A DNA stretch of 64,000 nt from positions 334,888 through 398,887 of the forward strand of contig NMRA01000031.1 in NCBI GenBank assembly GCA_002633005.1, read 5' to 3'. The position numbers and the translations under genes were made by a program. Below, one piece after another: positions 13,430-25,318 of this stretch. Below the pieces are notes generated by a model. That model was not told the origin of the DNA. It searched no databases and saw only the letters and a program-made list of their open reading frames with translations. This DNA is from Phoronis australis (taxonomy: Eukaryota; Animalia; Phoronida). Every line of letters starts with the position of its first letter. Position 1 is the stretch's first letter.

Positions 13430-13661
13430 CATTTATTTAAACTTCCTTAAAAGACTGGGTGACCACTTCAGTGAATACATTGATTTTCAAGTGGACCCAG
13501 TCGGAAATAATTACATGAAGTAAAATACATGCAGCTATGTACAATTAGAATGAAAAGAATAAGAAATACAATAAATTAGTATAAAAATTAGTTAATATGC
13601 ACAATTAGATGAATAAATAACCTGTGGCCTCCAGTCCCGAACCACGCACAAAGTCCCAGTA
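13430..13661 (-). mobile_element. 3'-end-only copy of the L2/Crack-type LINE seen at 61-63 kb
   Basis: Aligns by eye with about 61098-61352 (GACTGGGTGACCA..TCAGTGAATACA.TGATTTTCAAGTGG.CCCAGTC through AAGTCCCAGTA). Confidence 0.85.
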
Positions 13662-14079
13662 ATTCTTTGTCGGACAATGGCGTCTTATCCTCGACTACAT
13701 CGGAAAATACTGTTTCCCTTTTGCAATTCCCACCCTTTAGTCAAAATTTTAAAAATATTTTCAAATCCTGGCAAACACAACCAAACAGTCTGAGTTTGCT
13801 TGAGTCGACCTAGACTGGTTGTCCAAACTTACTAAAACACTTATTAGAGACCTCTTACTTTGGCCGTATTTGCTCTGACAGAGTACGTTTTGACTGTAAA
13901 CCGGAGCTTCGAACAACGATCGCGGATCAACCTGAGGGAAAACGAAAGTAAAGAATCACGCGTAACGTATAGTGCCAGCTATGTACTGTGAACAACCCTA
14001 GGCGGTTATCTCGGAAGTCATTCGAATATCGTAGGCCAAGTGCGACACAAGTCCTATTTGTTACAATAATAATTCGCAA

Positions 14080-14330
14080 TTTGTTCCACTGATAACTCTT
14101 TAGCCAATGAGACGCCAAGAATAATTACTGTAATAAATGTGTATTACTGTAATTAATGTTTATTCCTGAAATAAACATTTATCAAATATTGATTTAATCA
14201 ACCAATCAGATGTCAGGATTAATTACTATAATATCTATTACTGGAACAAATATTAATTACAGTAATAGATGTTTATTACAGTAATTATTCCTGGCTTCTG
14301 ATTGACTAAAGAATTATTACTGGAATACAA
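14080..14330. mobile_element. Foldback MITE with ~100-bp imperfect inverted arms
   Basis: TCTTTAGCCAATGAGACGCCAAGAATAATTACTGTAATAAA... matches the reverse complement of ...TTTATTACAGTAATTATTCCTGGCTTCTGATTGACTAAAGA. Confidence 0.85.
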
Positions 14331-15444
14331 CGCAGACAGTTATAAACAGGACTTATGTTACACTTGGCCTACGATATTCGAAACCATCATCTATGTTATA
14401 GTCGACGGTCCCTATTTAAGTGAACGACTTGTGAAAAAACGCACGAATGCACTGAGTTGCAAAACATTCACGTGTTCACAGAAATTAAGTTCAGCGCTAG
14501 AAAAATTGGGGGAAATGTTACAATTTTCAAGAATATGGTCAGTTTAGTTGGGCAAATGAACATTTTTCAAGGCAAGTATATGATTTGAACACTACTAGTG
14601 CGCTTGTTGGGCAAAACTGTTGGCGGCGACAGTGTGCACAGGGATGAGTGCGTTATTGTCTAGTAGGGAAATTTACCGAACTACAGTTTCGCAAAATAGT
14701 TGAAAAGTAGTTATCGTGACTTCCATGGATTTGCAAAAAGATGTCCTCTGAGTTAACGTCCCCACGCGCAGAATAGCATATGTTAAGTCTGATAATATTG
14801 AACCAATCGTGCGATACATTATACTTTCTTAATAAAGTCGCAGTCATTATAAAGCCATTAGTGTTGCCGGGGATAAGGGCGCGTCAGATTGCCGTGTAAG
14901 GGGCTGTGTGCTGTACCGACAATCAGACTTCGTAGACAATTAATTAATGGTCGGTCGTACACGGCTTCCTGCGTGTGTTTCAACCGATATATCGTATACG
15001 ACCAGTAGCTTGAAAAGTATAAACAGTTGTCTACAAACTCCGATTGGTTGTATAGAACATTGATGTACAAAGTCGTAATATGTGACTAATTATGTGTTGA
15101 GGGTTTTAAAACGAAATCGCAATCTAGCACTACTCATTTGGTACCGGGTTTATGGCTTGAGTGACCGCTGTAGGAAAAGTTACAGGTGTGCCGCTCAGGA
15201 CGGTAACATTTTGACGACCAGAATGCTTATGAAAGGTGACTTTTCCGTTCGAATTTCCTGCTAGAGTTCACTTTTTGGGTTGAAGTTCTGATAAGTTACA
15301 TTTGCGGAACAGAACAATACGAACTGTTTCATTTTTGCTCTATTAATTTGTATTTAATTTTGATTCGAAGGGACAATGCTGGGTAAAATCATTGGGAAAA
15401 TGGCAACAGTTTTATAGAAGCTCCCAACAAATTGTCCCCTTTAA

Positions 15445-16690
15445 AGAGTTCCCACCATGACCCTGTGTCTCAAAAAGGAATTTTATTATTACATCTTAAC
15501 ATATTTAATAGCCTTTAGTACACCTGTTGCTACGAAACAATCTAAAAATTTTAAAAATATATTTTTCTGTTACCGAGTTTGTACGCAATGGGTGGAAGAC
15601 CGCCTCAGCCGTTGTTGTTTTACCAGTGCGATACTGAGGAGTCGTGAAGAAAGTCCGCGTGGAGCCGTCTTTTTCAGACATGAAAAGGTGCGTTTGTGGA
15701 AACTGTGGTAACAACAACTTGACTGTGAACGTCTTAGTGTTCAAATTTCCTAAATACGTGAAAGTTGCACAAAAATGGCATCGGTTTGTCATGGGCNNNN
15801 NNNNNNNNNNNNNNNNNNNNNNNNNNNNNNNNNNNNNNNNNNNNNNNNNNNNNNNNNNNNNNNNNNNNNNNNNNNNNNNNNNNNNNNNNNNNNNNNNNNN
15901 NNNNNNNNNNNNNNNNNNNNNNNNNNNNNNNNNNNNNNNNNNNNNNNNNNNNNNNNNNNNNNNNNNNNNNNNNNNNNNNNNNNNNNNNNNNNNNNNNNNN
16001 NNNNNNNNNNNNNNNNNNNNNNNNNNNNNNNNNNNNNNNNNNNNNNNNNNNNNNNNNNNNNNNNNNNNNNNNNNNNNNNNNNNNNNNNNNNNNNNNNNNN
16101 NNNNNNNNNNNNNNNNNNNNNNNNNNNNNNNNNNNNNNNNNNNNNNNNNNNNNNNNNNNNNNNNNNNNNNNNNNNNNNNNNNNNNNNNNNNNNNNNNNNN
16201 NNNNNNNNNNNNNNNNNNNNNNNNNNNNNNNNNNNNNNNNNNNNNNNNNNNNNNNNNNNNNNNNNNNNNNNNNNNNNNNNNNNNNNNNNNNNNNNNNNNN
16301 NNNNNNNNNNNNNNNNNNNNNNNNNNNNNNNNNNNNNNNNNNNNNNNNNNNNNNNNNNNNNNNNNNNNNNNNNNNNNNNNNNNNNNNNNNNNNNNNNNNN
16401 NNNNNNNNNNNNNNNNNNNNNNNNNNNNNNNNNNNNNNNNNNNNNNNNNNNNNNNNNNNNNNNNNNNNNNNNNNNNNNNNNNNNNNNNCCGACGAAAGTT
16501 CGCTAAATGGGAAATCGAATTCATTGTCTGATTCTTCAAGTACTTGAGTATAAGTGCCCGTATCCACTCTCCTCTTTGTCTGCATAATAATTGTCCAATT
16601 CTCGCCTAATATTGTCATTGTCTTCTGACCTGCAGTGTTCCGACATTGCAAATGATTGTCAAGCGGCCAACCGTCTTCCACCCATTGCAT
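15445..16690 (+). mobile_element. Kolobok-like DNA transposon with THAP domain, interrupted by the gap (right end uncertain)
   Basis: TTAA at 15441 followed by AGAGTTCCCACC. THAP N-terminus MKRCVCGNCGNNN..VFKFPKYVKVAQKWHRFV at 15680-15796. Perfect 16-bp inverted motif GCAATGGGTGGAAGAC at 15585-15600 and 16673-16688. Confidence 0.6.
15797..16488. other. Assembly gap
   Basis: Run of N. Confidence 1.
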
Positions 16691-18107
16691 CATTTGGCGG
16701 GAGATGACTCACAGTTGGTCATTTATAATCCAGTGTTTTTCTGCTCTATTGGCCCCTCTGTAACAACTCTCCGTGCAGAGACGGGTAAACAACGCCCAAA
16801 AAATGGACGATTCATGACATTTAAAAAGATGCAAAATCCTACATTTATGTTTTGATGATTTCAACCAATCCCTGTCCCTTGCTAATGCACCATTCGTGTA
16901 ACACTTGAGTAATGAAAGAAATACTTAGCAGTTTTTCCTCATTTTTGTCATCCCAGGCAGGGTGAACTGATGGAAAGCAGTTTATTTTTTCCTACAACTA
17001 ATTGAAACCACAAATTATGAAACTTATGCAGGTACTGATCATGACCATACAAAAAGCTTGTCTGGAGTCTAAAAAATCCCCTAAAGCATTAATCACACTT
17101 GGCGATTTAGCTGACACTCATCATTGAGGACTGACGAGGATTACATAGCAATATTTTATCTTAGAGAACAACATGGGAAAATTGTTGTTAGTATCCGTTA
17201 ATAGGCCAAAATCGGGTTCAATATCCCTTTAACACATAAAGCTTTGTGTGGACATTTCTTACATGTCAATCAAGCTGATAATTCCAGCCAATCAGGTCGC
17301 GTGAACATGCAAACATAACGGTTACCTCAGAGCGATATCTTTGTCCTACAAACATTAGAGCTTTAAGATGATTTTACGATGCACTTGGGACACTTGCAAT
17401 GTATATCAACAATATGCAGGGGACGAGAGAGAAAATGTGCCCATCGGTGATAAAAACACGTAATAGACTTCACGATTAAATGAATATACGCCTGGGTAAC
17501 TAGTAAAGAAAGTGAAAGAAATCCACCTTCATAACGTTTTACCGATATTTTCTTTTTAATTTTATTTTATTTTCATTAATAGTACCTAGTCTGAATGAAC
17601 AATTAATCATGGAACTGTGACTGTGACTGTGAACGGCTACATGAGTTAAGGAAATGTGCAACCAAGTCACTTAACACTAGAGCACCTGTCAAGAAAACTT
17701 TCAAATACAGTCAAATTGCATGGAAGTAGTTTACCCACTTTGGGCGAGAGCAGACGAAATGCTACGAGCTGAGCTCATCCCATAGCGTATTACGTGTTAC
17801 CCGCACAGTACACTGAGCTGGGTCGAGTTCAATAACTGTCTCGCGGCGAGAAAAATCTAAGCAAAATCACGTGCTCTCTCGACTTTGAAAATTCACGGCG
17901 ACAACTCGCGGAATCTCGCGAGATCTTGCATTTATAGCTAGACACTAGCGTAAATATTATTTTTCATTAGCAACCGAAGATGATGAGGTTAGCACTAATT
18001 GGCTTACCTCGCCCCCATGCGGCGATGACTTACGCACGCCAGGTAAAAGAAAGGCACTAGTTGAGACATTCGCCTCTGCCTCGCGAGGCAAAATCCCCGC
18101 GGATCAT

Positions 18108-18402
18108 TTTGCCGCAGACGTGAGTTGAGCTAATTGAAACTCGGGTGGCGTAGCTCTTCATATGCGCATGCCCTTAGTTCATTTGTTCTATGAACTAGCT
18201 TATATCGGTGCACCTAATCTTGTGGCCGAACAAAGTGAGCCATGGTTCACTTAGTCATTTGGCTCAGTTTGCCACAGACGTGAGTTGTGAGCTGTGCTTA
18301 TTTGTATTCGAGTCGTGTAGCTCTTCATCTGCGCTCACCCCTAATTTCATTTGTTCTATGAACTAGCTTATCGGAGCAACTAATCTTGTCGCAAAGTGAA
18401 CC
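18108..18402. repeat. ~160-bp tandem duplication
   Basis: TTTGCC(G/A)CAGACGTGAGTTG ... GTAGCTCTTCAT ... TTCATTTGTTCTATGAACTAGCTTAT ... CTAATCTTGT occurs twice. Confidence 0.85.
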
Positions 18403-19396
18403 AACGACTACGCTCGATGTCTGTTCGACTTGTTGAGACATGAATGGACCCACGGGCTTGGTGTATTAGATATGTCGTTTCGTGCAATAGTCGTTCGCTT
18501 TCCCAAGACTTATTTTGAAATACTGTCAAAAGCAAATCGTAAGATTGCAAAGACTTCCGCCATATTGGCTTAGCGCTTGTGGGAATTCGCAACAACGGTA
18601 AGGAGGCACAGAACAGTTCTCACAGGGGTTTTCCTATCAGAACACACGTCACTGGGCTCTTCACCCTTTCTTCACTATGTCAAAACTGCATGCAAATAAA
18701 GAAAAGTTTTGAGTCATTTCACATCAAAGCCATATAGATGAGCACAGAAACTTTATTCTCTCTTATATTTTTGACCCTTTCACTCCCAGTGAAAACCAAG
18801 CTAGACTAAGAAAAACAGGGGCAAAAATACAAAATCGGCATTTTTCACCCAACAACCACCACTTCACTGCCGATGCTCCACATTAAACTCCGAAAGCAAA
18901 TTTCCTACCATTTCCAGAAATGTGGTCCAAAAGTACTGTCAACCAACTATTTTTTTTTTTGCAAATTTGGCTTGATTGTGGGCTACCTGAAATCGCGGCC
19001 AATTTCTCAGTTGCTACACAGCAATGCATAGTTGCAACAGGGGGCCGCCATCTTGAAGGAGAGTGCATCTACAACCGAGAAAGTGGCCTTTTTTCATTCT
19101 CAGCATGTTCACAAATACAAACAAACCACATTCACTTGGCCTACATACAATACTGGACTAAAAATGCCCCCAAGCCTGGCCTACCCCTAGATTTTGATAT
19201 TTTGGGAGTGCAAATTGGCCTCAGCCTAACTGTTCAATGCCACCTAATTATGGTGGGCGTGGTCTAACTGTGTTTAACGGAACTTTCTATTGAGGCAATC
19301 AGTCCTGCCTGTTGCTAAAAAAAAGTGATCGCTATTAAAATAACGCGGTAATAAACCCGCGTTTCGTGAAGAAACTAACGTTTAGATGATGTATAC

Positions 19397-19530
19397 CATG
19401 CGCGCACGCAGGGGGGTCTCGGGAGGGTTCGAACGATCCCCCCATTTGGCGAAGTGGGCAAAAAGGTCCGCCCCTGAGGGACACAAAAAGTCCGAAGAAA
19501 TGGGACAAAAATTTCACTAAATAAGCCAAA
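19397..19530 (+). mobile_element. MITE family B, truncated copy
   Basis: CATGCGCGCACGCAGGGG...CCATTTGGCGAAGTGGGCAAAAAGGTCCGCC, shared with 48275 and 54119. Confidence 0.8.
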
Positions 19531-19874
19531 TGCGCGATTCACAGTGGTACATGTTTATGGTTGGCGTAGTGCTACATAACTCGGATTTATGCCAGCCATA
19601 ATTCGGATTTATGTCTGACATGAATGAGATTGATGTCAAACATAAATCATAATTAATTATATAAAAAAATTTAGGCCTGACATAATCCTTGAATAATATC
19701 AACATTATTCATTAAAAAGCTACGGAACGCAAAAACTCGTCAAAAATACATTTTAAACAATTTCTAACGAAAGCACTATCTCGCAATGTCTACTAAATGA
19801 GTTATTCGCTTTCCCCGGTAAGGGAGTTTCCAGAAAAAATCCTCAAATTCAAGAGTTTGGAAATACGCACGGAA

Positions 19875-22800
19875 TAGCGGAGAGGGGATTCATATAAATC
19901 GCGTACTTTGTGGCAAGTTTCTGCAAATTGGTACAATGTTAGGAATAGGTAGAACACTAAAAACACCGCAAACAAACTGTGTTAACCCCCTGATGGCCGC
20001 TACGTACAAAATCCAATTTGGCCGCCGCCGAAAATGGAAATTGGCATATTTTGGCTACTATCATCACCAGGGCATGTTGTAAATCCATGTTTTCAATATT
20101 TTTGGGTGCGGGGAGTTCATTTCTGATGTTACTTTTATGCTATGAGGCCATTCAAATCTTTTCACACTGTCTCTGAACTGAAAATACCACCGCTTGGTCC
20201 CGCGCATTGTTTCCGGATAGAAAATGTCAAACGCTTGGTCCCGGGCAGCTGTTCTCTTGCATCTATTGGTTATATTATTTTTGTTGGTTGGAATAAGGCT
20301 GTATATAATGCTCAGAAGAAAAAAAAATCAATGGGCGTACCCTGATGAGGTCGGTGAATCAAAAATGGTAGACCTATGCTTGATGGGCATGCTCCACATC
20401 GACGTGGCATCTCAAGAAAGTGGAGGTAAACTGTTGGACGGATCTGAATGGGACCACATGTTCTCCCTAGACAATGACTTCACTCCTGGTGTTGCATCAT
20501 CTCCCCTGGGTGGAAAGCATGTCAAGTCTACCAGATACGCATACCAGCTCACTCTTGCCTGGCTTAATGAGTTAAAGAAACAGGCATATGATGACGAGTA
20601 CTGTCATGAAAGCTCTGGACTTCACGAAAGCTTTGATATGTCGGACAAACGAGTCAGTAATGCTCCAACAGTTTGTTACTGGAAAATTGTAAAGACTACC
20701 TGCTAATTAACTGTCGCTTCATTCGAGGTCAGAGACCATTGACTTTGAAAGCATGTGAATAAATGTGTCTATGGTTTTTTGCATTTGGACATACGAATTA
20801 CGCACGCTGGATGCCTTTTTTGTTGAGAGATATGGCACAACTTCCACAGACCCACCCTTCAGTGCACGAAGCTTTCGTGGAAGGGAAATTTGTTGTTCAA
20901 CGTATTGACGGGAAGTTTTCTTTGACCAGAGCCAATAACACAGTTTCAAGTTGTTGAAGGACTACAGTGGTGCAAAGGGACTCTGTGGCCTACAAGCACG
21001 CAGGGAAATGAATGAGCTCTCAAAGTCAAAAGTGTTGAGATTAATTGATGAGTTTGAGGAAGCATGCTTCTCTATGTCAAGAAGCAATGACAATCTGGAG
21101 CATTCTGAGTCTTCTATTGCTGAACAAACAAAGTTTCTGAAGGACCTCAAAGCTCTATGCCACCTTGTGAAGGAGGGTCGAGTTGTCAATAAATTCAAGG
21201 AGACTGGCTCAGACCTCATTACTTTGGACACTGTTGAGATCATGAATCCTCAGATAATCAACTGCCTTAGGGAAGCTCCGAACATTGGTCAAGCCAAATT
21301 CACAGAAATTGTTACCACACCATTCTCTGACATCATCCCAAGGACCAACTTGTTTACTTTCGCCAACAGACCACCCACTGATTTGAAGAAGGATAGTGAC
21401 AAGCTGGGATCTGCCAAAGCGAATACGGCTCTCATCACCAAGATATTTATGTCACTCCAAGCACTCCTGGAATAAAGATCTTAGATTTTTCAAGCAGGAA
21501 AGTCAGCGTGAGCCCCCGTCATTATGTGGTAGAGGTAAACTCCGGTCAGAAACCAAGTCTGATATTCTTGCATGTCTGCCTGGCATGCCCGTTCCTGGCC
21601 GATCTCTAGCAGTCAAGGAAGTTTCTTTGGTGGTTCTCCATAGGACCAGCACAATACAAATTATAAAACCCCGTGCAAAAGTGTTTAAGGATATAATTGC
21701 TACCATAGATGCAATACCAGATGACAGAAAGTACAAGAAGAGTGGACGCATTCTGAGACACATACAGAGAGGATAGTCTGAAGTCATAGACTCGTGTGAA
21801 GCGTGGTGAGACTGAAGTGCGACAAACGCGGGTTTCTGCTAAGATACCAATGCCCAAGGTAACTCAGTGACATACATTCCTCAAAGATTGTTAAAACAAG
21901 GACGAGCTCTTCCAGTTTGAAATCCAGGACCTTCTGAACAGCCCAGCTGATTCACAGTACCAACCTCTTACAACAAATGCCGACCTAATATACAGCACCA
22001 AACCAACAAACGTGTCAGCATTGCCTCTATGCCTACAGAAAGAAGCGGACACGATGATGACGCTCCATTTGCAACATTCAGCTGTTCAGGGTCACACCAA
22101 GGCTTACCTAAGGACAGTTGTCAGTGTCGTGGTGGTTCTAGCAGTCAGCGTCTTTCACGAGCAAGACCTCTAAGAGTTGTGGATTGGATTTGCATCTGGA
22201 AAAACTATAAGGATATCCCTATCCAACAAATCTCTCAAAACGTTGGGGCGCAGAAATGTGAAGCCGTCCTACTCTTCCATGTACTGACAGGTTGTGATGT
22301 TGTCTCAGCAATGTTTGGGATTGAAAAACGAAGTGCATGTAATGCTTGGGCTGCTTTCCCCGATGTCACAAATGCTTTTATTGCTAACACTTATGACCCA
22401 ACTACCCTATCACTTGACTCGCTTCTTTTACGACCCCTTGAACGCTGGACAGTACTAAAGTACAGTAAGAACTATGAATGAAGCAGGAAAGCTTCTGTTC
22501 ACCCATGGCCTCAAGACTATGGAATCAATACCACCAACACAGCGTGCTTTATTCCAACATGCTAAGCGTTCCCTGCTCACTGCAGCTTTTGTTTGGAAAC
22601 AGTCTCTTGCCAAAAAACCCAGATACCAAACCCATACCAATGGGGTTGGAAATGGAATGCTAGAGCTACAAGATGAGTGCCATATTGGACAGATCTGGAA
22701 GATGCAGGCCAGGCGTGTTCCCTACTTCTCCACTGTAGCTGTATTGTTGCCTGCAAAGGCAATTGTAAGTGCCATCGATTTGCACTCGGCCGGTGTACCA

Positions 22801-23444
22801 CATTGTGCAAATGTGAAGGTGCCTGCACCAGCAACGACTCTTAAACTTGACAATCCATCTTTCTCAATATCTAGTTGCTTTATAAGTATGCATACATGAT
22901 ACAAACTAGCACCCAGCAGTATTTGGTAGACAATTCTGTTCATGCAATTCCTTATTCTACGTTTCTATATTCTCGGTCTGGAAGTATTGTCACTGTCAGT
23001 TGGAAAAGTCCTATTTTGTGCAAATCTGGTTTTGGAAAATGTTAATTTTGGAATTTTGTGCGGCGAATCGCATCGATATACCCACTAATTAAACAAAGTA
23101 ACTTCTACGAGGATAAACATAAGTTTGAGTTATTTGTGAATGACATTTACTTTGAAAGTATCATTTGCATTGAAATTGACCGCAAAACATAAAATTAACA
23201 CCAGAAGTGAACTTCTTACCCCCCAAAATATTGAAAAGGTAATATTAGAATTTGTTGTAGTCATAATAACAGCCGACATATTTTCGGCGGCGGCCATATT
23301 AGATTTTGCGCGTAACAATCACCAGGGGATCAGCACACTTTGTTTGCGGTGTTTTTGAATTCCCTTTGCTTGTAGACCTAATTCACGCCGACAGGAGGCG
23401 CGTTCCAAAAGGAGGTTCGCTACGAAATCTTTGTTCAGTGGCTA
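19875..23444 (+). mobile_element. Decayed Academ-type (AcademX) DNA transposon
   Basis: ~200-bp imperfect inverted repeats (19959-20157 vs 23165-23356; AAAAACACCGCAAACAAA and GGCCGCCGCCGAAAAT cores), candidate TAG...CTA termini, and an internal frameshifted ORF. Exact termini and TSD are uncertain. Confidence 0.75.
20330..22844 (+). pseudogene. Frameshifted Academ transposase/XPG-like nuclease with Cys-rich C-terminus
   Basis: Motifs across frames: MGMLHID, NYARWMPFLLRDM, GKFVVQR, EPPSLCGRGKLRSETKSD, KEADT, FHVLTGCDVVSAMFG (XPG/FEN1 H3TH-like), IPPTQRALFQHAKRS and CSCIVACKGNCKCHRFALGRCTTLCKCEGAC near the stop. Many stops and frameshifts; N-terminal part missing. Confidence 0.8.
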
Positions 23445-23445
23445 T

Positions 23446-23600
23446 GATCGGCATAGTTTTATTCCGCGTTGCTCCAACGGCTAGAAAAAATACGGACACT
23501 CAACAGCCTGTTTTACAATACCTAAGGACGCTGAGATTCTGAAACGGTGGGTCGTTGCCATACGCCGAAAGAAAAGATGTCCGAGTAAAATTTACAAATG
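23446..23600 (+). pseudogene. THAP zinc-finger remnant
   Basis: DRHSFIPRCSNG*KKYGHSTACFTIPKDAEILKRWVVAIRRK follows the THAP pattern C..C...F..PKD....W..AI.R, with an in-frame stop. Confidence 0.65.
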
Positions 23601-24198
23601 TTTTCGAAAAGTTAAATCATATTTTGTCGCATCTCGGTTGCCGAGCATCATAGAGCCCTCGGACTGTAGCAACGACCGGACAATCTTCGGCCAGCCAGGC
23701 TGTGTTTTCATGACTACGGGTTGAAACGTGATGCATTTTTCTTTCCAAAAAGGACATGGTCCTCAATCTCTCGATTTTGGGGTGGAGAATCGGCCCCATT
23801 CCCCTCTTAAAAATATTGAAAAATAACGCGATATATTCCCCCCACGAGGCCTAAAAATTCCCTTAGTGATTGCAACTTTCTCTCCGAAGTTCAAATCACC
23901 TGTAACCACACAGGTGACAATTTGAAAGAGCACAAAATGCTACTTGAAACATAGCCTATGAGAGCTTGCAACAGGGCGGGGGTGCTATTGATAATGATCT
24001 GAAGGCAGATTTTTACCCTCAGTCGGCAAAAAATTACCTTCTCAGAAGGCACAGGTACAAATTTCCCCTCGAATGAACGAGGCCCCTGAATAAACATGAT
24101 AACTATGTTTGCTCTGTTCAGTTAACTAAAATTGAGCTCTAAACGAGGTCATGCTTTGGACGAACGAATTAGGTGTTTTAATTTAAAAATTCCACTTG

Positions 24199-24264
24199 GT
24201 CCAGAATGATATTTGAAACTTAACACATGATGGTCCAGATTGATATTTGAAACTTAACACATGA
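24199..24264. repeat. 33-bp direct tandem duplication
   Basis: GGTCCAGA(A/T)TGATATTTGAAACTTAACACATGA occurs twice. Confidence 0.85.
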
Positions 24265-25288
24265 AATAGACATAAGAATTAATAAAACCAAGAAAGCAGA
24301 ATTGATGGTCAAAAAATTATTTTCAATTACGAGCCTGGTTTTCTATTTTAATAAAACTATATTTAACAACATCAATTATTCTGTCAGATTAATGACAAAT
24401 TAACTGTTAGTCTCGGTAGTCCCTACTTCACCAGAACCTAGGCTATGCTTGATATGTTATTTTAATTACATATGGCAGCAAAATGCGATGAGCCACCGCT
24501 GTCTAATATATCTTCAACTCGTCAACAATACGAGCAGATGGCCTGGTTCGTGTAGAAACCATTTTTATCAACAATTTACAAGAAGAAACGTAACCTTGCA
24601 TTCAGCATAATACCTAACCCGTAACACTACTATCGCCGCGATTTGGTCATATTTACTTTTCATGTTTCAAACCTAGTTTTCCGAAAAAAACTTACACCCT
24701 TTCGTCAGATAACTCTTTGGTGCATTGATATGTTCTCTCTGTGTCTCTGTGCTTACTTATCGACACATTTTAAAGATTTAATATCCATTTTGGACTCGAA
24801 AAATAAGCCATTTAACTCACGCAATGTCAACTTCCGCGTTGTTTATCGCAGTGAGCCTCGCTTTGGATTTAAATGTCCGCCGCGTGAATTAGGTCTATAC
24901 CTAACAGCGTACCAAATTGCGAGAACTTGTCACAAACTGCCCAATTTTTGCAAATCTGCACATATTCCCTCCCCGCTAAAAGGAAAACTCTTAAGTCACC
25001 ACAGAGTTTCTAATCTTCCTCCCAATGATAAATGCGCGCATGCGCTCACAGTCATCCGACAAGAAGATTGACAAGAAGAATGTTAACGGCAGATCGCACT
25101 TCGAATCTGAGGTCGACACAATAGTACGAGGCAAGTCAGTGAAGCCAGAGATTTCCCAAAGAGAATTCCAAGTACATTTTAGAATTTGTTTGAATAATAC
25201 GATATCTTTGTAACTAATTTTAAACGTCACTTGCCTCTTAATCGCCCTTCTGCTTGAAGTCGACATTTTTTACATCAAACGTCAAGGG

Positions 25289-25318
25289 CATAGACATCAC
25301 AGTATTAGGATGTCTATG
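25289..25318. mobile_element. 30-bp minimal TIR element with 8-bp TSD (P- or hAT-like)
   Basis: GTCAAGGG|CATAGACATC ACAGTATTAG GATGTCTATG|GTCAAGGG: perfect 10-bp TIR and perfect 8-bp direct flank. Confidence 0.8.

Noticed and set aside
15505-16693. Long ORFs of 243-344 aa
   Set aside because: They span the N gap; only the short flanking THAP and acidic frames are informative.
20224-22899. Several separate 90-174-aa genes
   Set aside because: They are consecutive fragments of one frameshifted Academ ORF.
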